Positions 37,068 through 47,442 are shown, counted from the first letter of the stretch. The stretch: DNA of 64,000 nt from an uncultured delta proteobacterium (GCA_963705165.1 CAVPJD010000024.1:64001-128000), one strand, 5' to 3'. Numbers and translations are program-made. Notes: generated by a model not told the origin, from the sequence alone.

Positions 37068-39812
37068 TCAAGCCACGGCGCGTTTTTCCGCCGGCTTGCC
37101 GAGGATTTCGCGGATCTTCCTGGAGAGGTCGATGATGCTGAAGGGCTTCTGGATGAAGCCGCCGCAGCCGCGTGAGAGGATGTGCGAAGCCTGTCCGTTG
37201 AGACTGTAGCCGCTCGCCAGGAGGACCTTCACCGCGGAATTGATGCCCTTCATGGCGTCGAACACCCGCCCGCCGCCCATCTCGGGCATGATCATGTCCA
37301 GGATCACCATGTCGATCTCACCGGTCTTCTGCCGGTAGATCTCAAGCGCATCGGGCCCGCTGCGGGCCGAAAGCACCCGGTAACCCAGTGTCTTCAAAAC
37401 CTCGACGCCCACATCGAGGACGATGTCCTCGTCGTCGACGATGAGGATTGTCTCGGTTCCCTTCATGACCTGGCGCTCCAGGGACGCGTCCGCAACGGTT
37501 GCGCTTGCGGAGACGGGCAGGTAGATGTTGAAGGTCGTGCCGTGGCCCCTTTCGCTGTAAAGGGTGATGATGCCGCCGTGGTTCTTGACGATGCCGTAGG
37601 CCGAGGCCAGACCGAGGCCCGTGCCGCGCCCCCGGCCTTTTGTGGTGAAGAAGGGCTCGAAGACGCGCTGGCGCGTCGCCTCGTCCATGCCGATCCCCGT
37701 ATCGGTGATGGAGATCTTCACATAGCGGCCGGGTTGCATCTTGTGCGGCTTCACGAACGGCTCGTCGAGGATCACGTTTTCCGTCGAGAGGGTGAGTTCG
37801 CCGCCGCCGGGCATGGCCTGCCAGGCGTTGACGTACATGTTGAGAAACACCTGTTCGATCTGTCCGCGATCCGCGTCGACAGCCCAGGTACTCTCCGGCT
37901 CGCGCCGGGTGATCTTGATCTCCTTTTTCGTCCGGCCGAACATCTCCGAGGACTTCCGGATGAGGTCGTTGAGGTCCGTGGGCTTCACCTCGTACTTGCC
38001 GCCGCGGGCAAAGCCCAGCAGCTGCCGGGTCAGCGTCGCGCCGCTGCGGATCATGTTTTCGATGCCCGTGAGGTGGGCCGAATGGGGGTGCTCGCCCGTC
38101 ATGTCCATGAGCATCAGCGAGACATGCCCCTGGATGCCCATGAGCAGGTTGTTGAAGTCGTGGGCGATCCCGCCGGCGAGCGTCCCGATGGCCTCCATTT
38201 TCTGTGCCTGGAGGAGCTGGGCCTCGAGCTGCCGGGTCTGGGTGATATCGCGGGCGATGCCGCAGATGCCGATGATTTCCCCCGCGTCGTCGAACATGGG
38301 GACCTTCACGACGTGCAGCGTCACGGGCACGCCGTTGATCGTCTCGCTGTACTCGACCTCCACCATCTCGCCGTCGAGGATGCGGTAATCCATCTCGCGG
38401 GTCCGCTGTTCGGCTTGCTCCCCGAAAAGCTCTCCGTCGGAGAGCCCCACGATCTGCGCGGCGGGTTTGCCGAAGAGGGCCTCCACGCTGGGGTTCACCA
38501 GCACATACTTGAGCGCGCGGTCCTTGATGAAGATGCAGTCCGGGGCCGTCTCGAAGATGGCGCGGAAATTTTCCTCGCTCTTTCGCAGGGCCTCCTCGGC
38601 GAGCTTGCGCTCGGTGATGTCGTGGACCATGGCGATGACACCGACGATCTCCCCGCGGGAGTTGCGGTAGGGGGCGTAGGTGCCCGAAATCCAGCCCGTC
38701 TTTTCGCTCTGGGGGACATAGTAGGTGAGATCCGGCGCCGCGATCGTGGCCCCATCGAGTGCCCGCTCCAGCAGGATGTCCACGCCCTGCTCCCGGAGGT
38801 GGGGGAAGACCTCAAAGGCGTTCGCGCCCAGGACTTCCCCGGCAGGCAGTCCCGTCAACTCCTCCATGAATCGGTTCCAGACGATGTAGCGGCTCTCGCG
38901 GTCGTAGACGATGACCCCCTCGTGGGCGCTGGAGATGATCTCCTTGCTGAAGCGCTCCGATTCCCGCAGCGCCTTCTCGCTGCGTTTTCGCTTCGTGATG
39001 TCCTCGTAGACGGCGATGATCCGCCCTTCCCGGAGGTCGTCGCCGATGCGGGAGGCATGGAGCCTCACCACGATCTCGCGGCCGTCCATGCGGCGGCAGG
39101 GGATTTCGGCGCTGCAGGTGCGCTGCCTGCGCAGCGTCGAGTAGACAAACTTCCCGATGTCGCCGTATTCCTCGTCGCTGCGGTAGAGAATGCGCGTCGT
39201 CTTGTCGATGAGTTCCTCGGGGCGCCAGCCGAAGACGGCGTCGACGGCGTCGTTGGCGAAGATGACGCGGCGTTTCGAAAGTCCCAGCACCGCGTGGGGG
39301 ATGGCGTCGAGGATGGACGCCTCCAGGGCCTCCAGCTCCTGGAGCCTGCGGCTGTGCTCCTTCTGGGCCGTGATGTCCATGGAATTGCCCAGGATGGCCC
39401 GCCTTCCCTTGTACTGGATGGGGGTCACCGTCTCCATGACCCAGCGGATCTGTCCGGACTTGGTGATGATACGGTACTCGTAGGGGGACGACCCGCAGCC
39501 TTTCAGCATCTCGATCGCCTGCACCCGGATTGTCTCACGGTCGCCGGGGTGAACGATGTCGATGCACCTCATGCCGATCATCTCGCCGACGGAATATCCT
39601 GCAAGCAGGGCCGCCTTTTCGTTGAGAAAGTCAAAGCGCCTGTCGAGAATGACGTAGACGCCGGCGTGGGAGCTGTGGGCCAGGGTTTCGTAGAGCTGCC
39701 GGGATTCGGCCGGTTCCTCGCGGCGGGGTTTCTCGCTGGAGTCGAGTTGCTTTCGGAGGGCTTCGATCTCTTCGATCAGCTGCTGTTTCGTTTTTCTGCT
39801 GGGGGCGGCCAT
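37068..39812 (-). CDS. hybrid sensor histidine kinase (4 PAS, HisKA, HATPase, receiver)
   Basis: AHDFNNLL H-box, DTGIGM, PFFTTK, GTGLGL, ILDMIMP; start uncertain. Confidence 0.95.
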   Translation of the reverse strand: MAAPSRKTKQQLIEEIEALRKQLDSSEKPRREEPAESRQLYETLAHSSHAGVYVILDRRFDFLNEKAALLAGYSVGEMIGMRCIDIVHPGDRETIRVQAIEMLKGCGSSPYEYRIITKSGQIRWVMETVTPIQYKGRRAILGNSMDITAQKEHSRRLQELEALEASILDAIPHAVLGLSKRRVIFANDAVDAVFGWRPEELIDKTTRILYRSDEEYGDIGKFVYSTLRRQRTCSAEIPCRRMDGREIVVRLHASRIGDDLREGRIIAVYEDITKRKRSEKALRESERFSKEIISSAHEGVIVYDRESRYIVWNRFMEELTGLPAGEVLGANAFEVFPHLREQGVDILLERALDGATIAAPDLTYYVPQSEKTGWISGTYAPYRNSRGEIVGVIAMVHDITERKLAEEALRKSEENFRAIFETAPDCIFIKDRALKYVLVNPSVEALFGKPAAQIVGLSDGELFGEQAEQRTREMDYRILDGEMVEVEYSETINGVPVTLHVVKVPMFDDAGEIIGICGIARDITQTRQLEAQLLQAQKMEAIGTLAGGIAHDFNNLLMGIQGHVSLMLMDMTGEHPHSAHLTGIENMIRSGATLTRQLLGFARGGKYEVKPTDLNDLIRKSSEMFGRTKKEIKITRREPESTWAVDADRGQIEQVFLNMYVNAWQAMPGGGELTLSTENVILDEPFVKPHKMQPGRYVKISITDTGIGMDEATRQRVFEPFFTTKGRGRGTGLGLASAYGIVKNHGGIITLYSERGHGTTFNIYLPVSASATVADASLERQVMKGTETILIVDDEDIVLDVGVEVLKTLGYRVLSARSGPDALEIYRQKTGEIDMVILDMIMPEMGGGRVFDAMKGINSAVKVLLASGYSLNGQASHILSRGCGGFIQKPFSIIDLSRKIREILGKPAEKRAVA

Positions 39813-40090
39813 CTGCTCTCTCGGGAAGACCGGTTTTGTGTGAGGCTCTATCATCGGGAAACGGTGCAGCTGGAGTACCCGCAAGCGTGCAAATACTCTG
39901 CCAAAGATAGCGCCTTTCCGGCCACAGGGAAAGCCGCCTCTATCCTGCCGTAATTGCGCGCAAAAATATGACTTCATTCCGCGCCTCACCTGGGATATAA
40001 CACCATGGAGCGTCAGGAACCCGACCCGATGATGCGATCTGATGACAGAGGGCATGGACATGCCCTCATAAAAAGGACCGAACGATTCCG

Positions 40091-40867
40091 GTGATGAGAC
40101 GTCTGACGACAGCCCTTTTCCTGATCTTCGTGCTCGCCTTCCAGGCGTGGGTTTGCGCTGCAGCAGACCCTCCCTTCCCCCGCCCGACAGGCGCCGTCAA
40201 TGATTTTGCCAACGTAATCCCGGCAGATCAGCGGGCCGTCATGGAGAATCTCGCCCGGGAGGTTCTGCAGAAAACGGGTACGGCCGTCGTTGTGGCGACA
40301 GTGCCCACCGTGGGGGACATGGTGGTCGACGATTATGCCACCCGTCTCTACGAATCCTGGGGAATCGGGAAGAAGGGCGAGGACAAAGGGGTCCTGATCC
40401 TGCTGGCCCTGAAAGAGCGGCGGGTGCGGATCGAGACGGGTTACGGCGTCGAGGGAATCCTTCCCGACGGGGTTGTCGGCGAGATCCTCCGGCTGCACGT
40501 GATCCCCCATCTCAAGCAGGGCGACTACGGGAAGGGCCTCTTGAACGCCATGACGGCCGTATCGGACGTGATCTCCCGCAATGCCGGCGTGACGCTCACG
40601 GGCAGACCGCAGATGCAGCCCGCGAAACCGACGGGAGGGGTCTCAGTGAGCCCCTTCACCCTGATGCTCTTTCTCATCGTCGTCATGCTTTTTTTGTTCA
40701 CGGCAACGGGCAGGCAGATCCTGGCTCTGCTGTTGCTCTCGAGTTTCGGTGGCGGCGGCCGGAGCTACGGGGGCGGCTCTTCCGGGGGGTTCGGCGGGTT
40801 CGGAGGGGGGTTCGGCGGGTTCGGCGGCGGCATGAGCGGGGGGGGCGGGGCGGGGGGAGACTTTTAA
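40091..40867 (+). CDS. TPM domain (YgcG-like) membrane protein
   Basis: VNDFANVI, WGIGKKGEDKG, ETGYGVEG, Gly-rich tail. Confidence 0.92.
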   Translation: MMRRLTTALFLIFVLAFQAWVCAAADPPFPRPTGAVNDFANVIPADQRAVMENLAREVLQKTGTAVVVATVPTVGDMVVDDYATRLYESWGIGKKGEDKGVLILLALKERRVRIETGYGVEGILPDGVVGEILRLHVIPHLKQGDYGKGLLNAMTAVSDVISRNAGVTLTGRPQMQPAKPTGGVSVSPFTLMLFLIVVMLFLFTATGRQILALLLLSSFGGGGRSYGGGSSGGFGGFGGGFGGFGGGMSGGGGAGGDF

Positions 40868-40918
40868 AACAGTGGTCAGTGTCCAGTGGCTGGTGGTCAG
40901 TGAAAAAAGGAACGGACA

Positions 40919-41650
40919 ATGAGTAAAATACCGAAGACACCTCAAGAGGTCTTCCCGGAGATCGTCGAGGATCTCAAGGGGATCTATGGCGAAGCGCTTA
41001 AGTCGGTCATCCTCTACGGGAGCGGGGCCCGCGGCGAATACGTGGCCGGGAAATCGGACATCAATTTCCTCGTCGTCCTGGCCGAGAGCGACGCAGGGGA
41101 GCTCGAAAAGATCCTGCCGATGATCCCGAAATGGAAGAAGAGGGCGGTGGCAACGCCTCTCTTCATGACGAGGGCCTTCATCGGCTCCTCCGTCGATGTC
41201 TACCCGGTGGAGTTCCTCAACATGAAGCGCCATTACCAGGTCGTCCACGGCGAGGATGTCCTCAGGGATCTCGTCTTCGAAAAGCGCGCCCTTCGGCTTC
41301 AGTGCGAGCGGGAGCTGAAGGGGAAGCTGATGCTGCTGCGCACCGGGTTCCTGGAGACGGCGGCCAAGGCGGAGAACCTGCAGCGGCTGATGGCGGCATC
41401 CATCACGGCCTTCCTCTCGGTATTCGGCGCCCTGCTCACACTGAAAGACCGGGAGGTGCCCCACGGGCGGCGGGAGATCGTGGCGGCCGTGGCCGGCATG
41501 TACGGGATCGACGCCGCGCCCTTCCTGCGCTGCATCGAATTGCGGGAGGGAAAGAAGGGCTTGTCGTTCGGGGAATTGACGGCTGTCTTCCGGTCTTACA
41601 CAGCAGAGATTCAGAGGTTGTTCGCGATTGTAGACGGCATCGAGGCATGA
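40919..41650 (+). CDS. nucleotidyltransferase domain protein
   Basis: LYGSGARG...SDINFLV pol-beta-like motif; DVYPVEF, LRLQCERELK. Confidence 0.8.
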   Translation: MSKIPKTPQEVFPEIVEDLKGIYGEALKSVILYGSGARGEYVAGKSDINFLVVLAESDAGELEKILPMIPKWKKRAVATPLFMTRAFIGSSVDVYPVEFLNMKRHYQVVHGEDVLRDLVFEKRALRLQCERELKGKLMLLRTGFLETAAKAENLQRLMAASITAFLSVFGALLTLKDREVPHGRREIVAAVAGMYGIDAAPFLRCIELREGKKGLSFGELTAVFRSYTAEIQRLFAIVDGIEA

Positions 41651-41658
41651 GAAGACAA

Positions 41659-41845
41659 ACCCCCTCTATCCCCCTTTCGTATAGGGGGACGAAGAGGAAT
41701 TTCATGACCGGACCAGACAGACCAAACAGAATAGATAGACCATGCTAGAGGAAGGGGATCATCCACCCTCACCCCGGCCCTCTCCCAGAAAAGGAAGGGG
41801 ATCGTCCCCCTCCTCCACTTCCTCCTCCCACCGGGGGAGGAGAAC
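41659..41845. repeat. composite REP-like cluster
   Basis: ccccctttcgtataggggg, degenerate gaccagaca 9-mers, ccctcaccccggccctctccc, cctcctcccaccggggggaggag. Confidence 0.6.
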
Positions 41846-41908
41846 AGAGGAAAAGGGTTCCCATAGGGCGAGGGAGATTAAGGAAATGAACTTTTTATAG
41901 GAGGTTAT

Positions 41909-42478
41909 ATGGCTAAAAAAGGACTCTGGATTGCGTTGGCCGTCGTGGCCGTCATCGCCATCTCGCTTTACGGCTTCTTCAAGGGGACCTACAACGACTT
42001 CGTCACCCTCGACCAGCAGGTCAAGTCCTCCTGGGCGCAGGTGGAAAATCAGCTCCAGCGGCGCTACGATCTGATCCCGAACCTCGTGGAAACGGTGAAG
42101 GGCTACGCCAAGCAGGAGAAGGATGTCTTCATCGAGGTGACCAACGCCCGGTCGAAGGTGGGAGGGGCCGGAACGATCCCGGACAAGATCTCGGCGAACA
42201 ACGAGATGTCCTCGGCCCTGAGCCGGCTGCTCGTCGTCGTGGAAAATTATCCCGAGCTCAAGTCCAACCTGAATTTCCTCAAGCTGCAGGACGAGCTGGC
42301 GGGAACGGAAAACCGCATTGCCGTGGAGCGCCGCCGATACAACGAGGCCGTCCAGGTTTATAATGTCAAGATCCGGAGCTTCCCGGCCAACCTCCTGGCG
42401 GGCATGTTCGGCTTCAGTCCGGCGGCCTTCTTCGAGGCCCCCGCAGCGGCCAAAACGGCACCGCCGGTGAAGTTTTAG
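41909..42478 (+). CDS. lemA: LemA family protein
   Basis: QRRYDLIPNLVETVKGYA, ENYPELK, TENRIAVERRRYN. Confidence 0.95.
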   Translation: MAKKGLWIALAVVAVIAISLYGFFKGTYNDFVTLDQQVKSSWAQVENQLQRRYDLIPNLVETVKGYAKQEKDVFIEVTNARSKVGGAGTIPDKISANNEMSSALSRLLVVVENYPELKSNLNFLKLQDELAGTENRIAVERRRYNEAVQVYNVKIRSFPANLLAGMFGFSPAAFFEAPAAAKTAPPVKF

Positions 42479-42560
42479 TGACTAGTGCTCAGTGGTTAGT
42501 GGCTAGTGAAAAGAGACTGATCTTTCCTTCTGTTCACTAGTCACAAGTCACTAGCCACTT
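42477..42560. repeat. inverted heptamer micro-arrays between convergent genes
   Basis: agtgact agtgctc agtggtt agtggct agtg ... cactagt cacaagt cactagc cact. Confidence 0.7.
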
Positions 42561-42563
42561 CTT

Positions 42564-43403
42564 TCACTGTTTTTCCGGCCAGGAATACACGGGCGGGCGG
42601 CGATCGAAGACGGTTCCGTCGGGCATGACCTCCACGTCCTCGTCTTTGATACGCTTGATCTTTGTCAGGTTGGCGGGGACGCGGCGTTGCTTTGCGGAGG
42701 CGACGGCATCCTCGACGGTCTTGAAACGGGAGATGTCTTCCAGGGTCATGATCTGGGGCAGGACCATCCCGATCTTCCCTTTCTCGTATTCATCAAGGGC
42801 CCTGGACGGCGTCAACCAGAGATGCTCCGTCAGCTCCACTCCGTCGTGGAAGGCGGCCTGCGCCGATGGGGCTTCCGCCAGGAAGAACCGCACGTCATAG
42901 CGAAGGGGCAGGGGTTCGGGGGTGATCCAGTGTGAAAAGTAATGCAGGCGGTCGAGGGGGAGGAACAGCTCCTCGATCTCGAGCATCTGGATGAATTTCA
43001 TCTCGCCTTTGTTGAGCCCCCTCCGGTAGCCGCAGAACTGTTTCCGCTCCTCTTCCGTCCGGATCGTCACGGGCGAGCCGTCCTTCCTGAGGGCGATCAG
43101 CATCCCCACCTCCTCGAAGGTCTCCCGGATTCCCGCAACCCAGGCGCCCAGCGCTTTTTCCGGGCTTGACATGTTGGGAAGGATCTCCGAAGCCCCTTTC
43201 CGTTCGATCCCGCGGCAGAAACGCTCGATGCCGGGCTCATAATCCTCGGGGTCGAGAATTCCGCCCGGGTAGACGTGATAGCCCGGGACGAAGCGGCTCC
43301 TGCGATTGCGCAGGACCATGAGGACCTCGATGTCTTTCACGGCTTCATTCGGGCAGGGCCGCAGGAGCATAACCGTGGCGGCATCGGTGGGTGTTGCGTA
43401 CAT
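42564..43403 (-). CDS. NUDIX hydrolase (NUDT19-like, possible acyl-CoA diphosphatase)
   Basis: YPGG, IRETFEEVG, HWITP, RYDVRFF. Confidence 0.88.
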   Translation of the reverse strand: MYATPTDAATVMLLRPCPNEAVKDIEVLMVLRNRRSRFVPGYHVYPGGILDPEDYEPGIERFCRGIERKGASEILPNMSSPEKALGAWVAGIRETFEEVGMLIALRKDGSPVTIRTEEERKQFCGYRRGLNKGEMKFIQMLEIEELFLPLDRLHYFSHWITPEPLPLRYDVRFFLAEAPSAQAAFHDGVELTEHLWLTPSRALDEYEKGKIGMVLPQIMTLEDISRFKTVEDAVASAKQRRVPANLTKIKRIKDEDVEVMPDGTVFDRRPPVYSWPEKQ

Positions 43404-43514
43404 GATCTTTTTATGCCCTCATGATAAAAGAGGCCCTTCTGAGCCTTATTGGTAATTTAGTTTCACTGTCGCTCAAAGTAAAGTCTCTCCCCCCCATACC
43501 CTATACCCTGGACC

Positions 43515-44688
43515 CTACACCCTGTTTTTAAAGAGTGCCACCGCCTCGATGTGCTTCGTCTGCGGGAACATGTCCACCGGCCTGACGGTGACGAGGCTGT
43601 AGCCGCCGTCCACGAGCTGGCGGGCATCCCGGGCCAGTGTCGCCGGGTCGCAGGAGACATAGGCGATTCTCGAGGGGCGAAGCCCGATGAGGAGATCGAG
43701 CACCTCCCGCTCGCAGCCCGTCCTCGGGGGATCGAGGACGACGACGTCGATCGCCGCCTTGCCCCCGCCGAACTCCCTCTCCAAAACGTCCCTTACGTCC
43801 CCCTCGTGGAAAACGGCATTTTTGATCCCGTGCCTCTCCATGTTCAGCCGGGCGCACTCCACGGCCTCGCCGTCGATCTCGATGCCGACAAGGCTGCGGC
43901 ACGCAGGCGCAAGGAACAGGGAAAAGAGACCCGAGCCGCAGTAGAGGTCGAGTACCGTCTCGCCGGGACCGGCCCCGGCAAACTCCATCACGATATCGAC
44001 GAGGCCGTCCGTGAGGGCCGTGTTGGCCTGAAAGAACCCTTCGAAGGGAACGAGGAGTTCCCGCCCCTTCACGATCCGTACGACGTGTTTTTCTTCGCTC
44101 TTCCCCGTGAGCGACCAGATGACATACCTGATCCACGCGCAGGGGCGCGTGCATGGGGCGTCTCAGGAAGGTGAGCTGCTCGTTGATGCTCTCATCCATG
44201 ATGGCGCAGCGCTCGATGTCGACGAGGCGGCTGCCTCCCACATCCATGAACCCGATCCGGTAAGCGGCGTCACGCTGCCGCTCCACGTGGAATTCGCCTT
44301 TGCCCCGGTACCCGTAGGGAACAGGCGACGGGCAACCGGGCTCGACGGGCGGAGCCGTAAATTTGCCGATCCGCTCGAAGGCCTCGACAACCTGGCGCCT
44401 TTTCATCTCGACCTGCTTTGCGTATTCGATGTGCTGGTAGTGGCAGCCCCCGCAGCGCTGGAAGTAGGGACAGGAGGGCTCCGCCCGGTCGGGTGACGGC
44501 GTGACAAGCTTTTTCACCCGCCCGCGGAGGTATCGCTTCTTCGCCTCCCGGATCTCCACCTCGGCCACGTCTCCCGGTGCGGTGAAGGGCACGAAGACGA
44601 CGAGGTTCTCCACCCGGCCGATCCCCTCGCCCCCGAAGGCGACCGTCTCAATCGTTATGGTGATGATGTCTTTTGCGCGCACAGCCAT
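43515..44688 (-). pseudogene. rlmD: 23S rRNA m5U methyltransferase (RlmD/TrmA family) with frameshift at ~44130-44165
   Basis: TRAM + CPYFQRCGGC in one frame; FFQAN, DLYCGSG, DPPR, YVSCDP, DMFPQTKHIE in another. Confidence 0.8.
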
Positions 44689-44754
44689 TTCTTTCTGCCC
44701 TTTTTTTACGGCCACTATAACAGTTATTGCCATGACAAGTAAATCATTCCCGGA

Positions 44755-44856
44755 GAAGGTAAGAAGGTGAGAGGGTAAGAACGTTGGATGGGCCGGTAGC
44801 CTGACGTCCGCTCTCTGCTGCTCCAACTTTCTCACCTTCTCATCCTCTTACCCTCT
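44755..44856. repeat. inverted octamer micro-arrays in divergent spacer
   Basis: gaaggtaa gaaggtga gagggtaa gaacgttg ... caactttc tcaccttc tcatcctc ttaccctc. Confidence 0.65.
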
Positions 44857-44982
44857 GCCTTGCGGGGCGAATGCCTCCATGGCCCGCGCCACCGCGCGAG
44901 GCCGAATTGCCCGTGATTCCGGCGCCCTTTGCTTGACAGCCTTTCTGCAGGTGTGTTACCGTGCCCCGAAGTGTGAGAAACC

Positions 44983-45825
44983 ATGGGTCAACTGGATAAA
45001 AAATCGATGCTCTGTCCCGGCTGCCGGAGGCTCATCAGCTCCGACGAGCCGACGTGCCCCTTCTGCGGGCTCGGGAAACCGGGCGCGCCGATCCGCAAGA
45101 TCCTTTCCCGGTTCTCGCTGCGCGACGGCGAGGGCCTCATCCAGTTCATCATCTACGCGAACGCCGCCATCTTCATCCTGGCGCTCGTCCTGAAGCCATC
45201 GGAGATGGGGATGTCGCTCAACCCCTTCACCCTGCTCTCGCCGTCGAGCACGAGCCTGCTGCTTCTCGGCGCCACGGGGACGGTTCCCATCGACGGATAC
45301 CACCGCTGGTGGACACTCCTCACAGCATCGTATCTTCACGGGGGCATCCTCCACATCGCGTTCAACATGATGGCCCTCCATCAACTCGGTCCTTTCGTGG
45401 TCCATGAATACGGGACGGCGCGGTTTGTCATCCTCTACATCGTCAGCGGCATCGTCGGGTTTGTCCTCTCCTACTTCGTCGGCATTTACTTCACGCTGGG
45501 CGCATCTGCCAGCGTTTGCGGCCTCATCGGAGCGATCCTGTATTACGGGAAATCTCGGGGCGGTTCCTTCGGCACGGCCATCTACCGGCAGGCCATGGGG
45601 TGGATCATCGGACTCATTCTCTTCGGGCTTCTACTGCCGGGCATCAACAACTGGGCCCACGGCGGCGGGATCGCGGCGGGGATCGCCGTGGGGTTTGCAC
45701 TCGGCTACGAGGAGAGGCAGCGAGAGACCCTGCCGCACCGGGTCATCGCGGCACTCTTTGCCCTTGTCACGGCGGGGGCGGTTCTCTTCACCGTGATCCA
45801 GGCTATCCTCATCCGTTTCTTCTGA
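44983..45825 (+). CDS. rhomboid intramembrane protease with N-terminal zinc ribbon
   Basis: CPGC..CPFC; HIAFN, GASA, AHGGG. Confidence 0.92.
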   Translation: MGQLDKKSMLCPGCRRLISSDEPTCPFCGLGKPGAPIRKILSRFSLRDGEGLIQFIIYANAAIFILALVLKPSEMGMSLNPFTLLSPSSTSLLLLGATGTVPIDGYHRWWTLLTASYLHGGILHIAFNMMALHQLGPFVVHEYGTARFVILYIVSGIVGFVLSYFVGIYFTLGASASVCGLIGAILYYGKSRGGSFGTAIYRQAMGWIIGLILFGLLLPGINNWAHGGGIAAGIAVGFALGYEERQRETLPHRVIAALFALVTAGAVLFTVIQAILIRFF

Positions 45826-45869
45826 TCGTCGGCACGAGGAAACGGATCAACGAAAAAGGAGGTATCATC

Positions 45870-46262
45870 ATGATGAAAAAAATCGCCCTGCTGGTCGGTC
45901 TTCTTTCGCTGAGCGCGCTGACCGGCTGCGCCATCGTCGCCGGGGACACGGTCATGGGTTACGAGTCGGGAAAGTTCATCTATCACGACGGGGGCCTCCA
46001 GTCGAATTACAAGGTTCCCATGGACCAGGTGTGGGAAGCAGCCGGCAAGGCCCTGACGGAGCTGAAGGCATCGGATATCCAGATGGATCGCAAGATCCAG
46101 AAGGGCACGATCGAAGCCGTTCTCGACGAGGAGAAGGTGAAGATCACCATGGAGTACCTCTCCCGCACCGAAACCTCCGTTTCAGTCCGCGTCGGCACGG
46201 CGGGAAGCAACGTAGCCGCAAGATACATCCATGACAAGATCGATTCGAACCTGAAAAAATAA
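45870..46262 (+). CDS. DUF3568-like lipoprotein
   Basis: Lipobox LTGC; VSVRVG near C-terminus; RBS aaggagg. Confidence 0.8.
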   Translation: MMKKIALLVGLLSLSALTGCAIVAGDTVMGYESGKFIYHDGGLQSNYKVPMDQVWEAAGKALTELKASDIQMDRKIQKGTIEAVLDEEKVKITMEYLSRTETSVSVRVGTAGSNVAARYIHDKIDSNLKK

Positions 46263-46269
46263 CCCGACC

Positions 46270-47442
46270 ATGGAGCAGAGCAGAGACGCGGTCTCGCCGC
46301 CCGGCGGCGAGACCAAAAAGACCATCCGCACCTTCGCCTTCGCGTCCTTTTTCAACGACATGGGGTCGGACATGATCTACCCGATCTGGCCCCTCTTTGT
46401 CGCGTCCCTCGGGGCCAACATGGCTGTCCTGGGCTTCATCGACGGGCTCGGCAACGCCATCGTCTCCATCTCGCAGGCCATCTCGGGCTACATCTCCGAC
46501 CGGACGCGCAAGCGCAAGATTTTCATCTGGCTGGGCTACCTCTGCGGCGGGATTTCCCGGCTGGGCTACGCGCTGTCGGCCACGTGGCACTGGCTCGTCC
46601 CCTTCCGGATTTTGGACCGTGCGGGCAAGATGCGCGGCGCCCCCCGGGATGCCATGGTGGCGGATCTCTCGATGCGGAGCAACCGCGGCGAGAACTTCGG
46701 GATCATCCGGACCCTCGACAATGCGGGCGCCCTCATCGGAATCGTTTTCTGCATCGCCTTCTTCCCCTTCCTCGGGTATCAGAACCTGCTGCTGATCGCC
46801 GCCGTACCGTCTTGCATCGCCGTGGCGCTCATCGTGTTGAACATCCGTGAGCAGCCCCTCGAGGATGCCAAGCTGTTCAAGGGTCTTTCGTTTACGCACC
46901 TCGACCGAAACTTCAAGCTCTTCGTCGTGCTGAGCGCGGTTTTCTCGCTGGGGGCATTCAGCTACTCGTTTCTGCTTATCTTCGCCAACAAGTTCGGCTT
47001 CCAGATCACCACGGTGCCGCTGTTCTATCTGCTTTTCACGCTGGTAGCCACCTTCTGCTCCTACCCCTTCGGTGTCCTGTCCGACCGCATCGGCCGCAAG
47101 GCGGTGCTGCAGATCTCCTATGTTCTCTGGGGGCTTGTCTGCCTGGCGATGATTTTCGCCGACAGCACCTGGATGGTCGTCGCCGCGTTCGTCCTCTTCG
47201 GCCTTCACCAGGCCGGGATCGACACGGTGCAGAAGGCCTTCGTCGCCGAGCTGGGACCCGTCGAGTACCGGGCGAGTACCCTGGGCGGATTCCAGATGGT
47301 GATCGGCCTGTTCGCCTTTCCCGCCTCCTTCGCGGCGGGGCTGCTGTGGGAGAGCTTCGGCATGCAGGCACCTTTCATCTTCTCGCTGGTGCTGACGGCG
47401 ATCTCGGCGGCGATGCTTTTCTTCGTCAAAGAAAGGGTATAG
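46270..47442 (+). CDS. MFS transporter
   Basis: GYISDRTRKRK and GVLSDRIGRK motif A; ~12 TM. Confidence 0.92.
   Translation: MEQSRDAVSPPGGETKKTIRTFAFASFFNDMGSDMIYPIWPLFVASLGANMAVLGFIDGLGNAIVSISQAISGYISDRTRKRKIFIWLGYLCGGISRLGYALSATWHWLVPFRILDRAGKMRGAPRDAMVADLSMRSNRGENFGIIRTLDNAGALIGIVFCIAFFPFLGYQNLLLIAAVPSCIAVALIVLNIREQPLEDAKLFKGLSFTHLDRNFKLFVVLSAVFSLGAFSYSFLLIFANKFGFQITTVPLFYLLFTLVATFCSYPFGVLSDRIGRKAVLQISYVLWGLVCLAMIFADSTWMVVAAFVLFGLHQAGIDTVQKAFVAELGPVEYRASTLGGFQMVIGLFAFPASFAAGLLWESFGMQAPFIFSLVLTAISAAMLFFVKERV

Noticed and set aside
37182..39953. 923-aa plus-strand ORF and other long antisense ORFs (18399..19856, 21429..22694, 33814..35874, 62692..63939)
   Set aside because: Shadows of well-supported genes in GC-rich DNA; no recognisable motifs
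40746..40860. G-rich ggcgggttc repeats / G-quadruplex candidate
   Set aside because: Encodes the standard Gly-rich tail of TPM proteins
44160..44170. TGA in the downstream rlmD frame as selenocysteine
   Set aside because: Not at a Cys position and the upstream coding sequence is in another frame; a frameshift explains it
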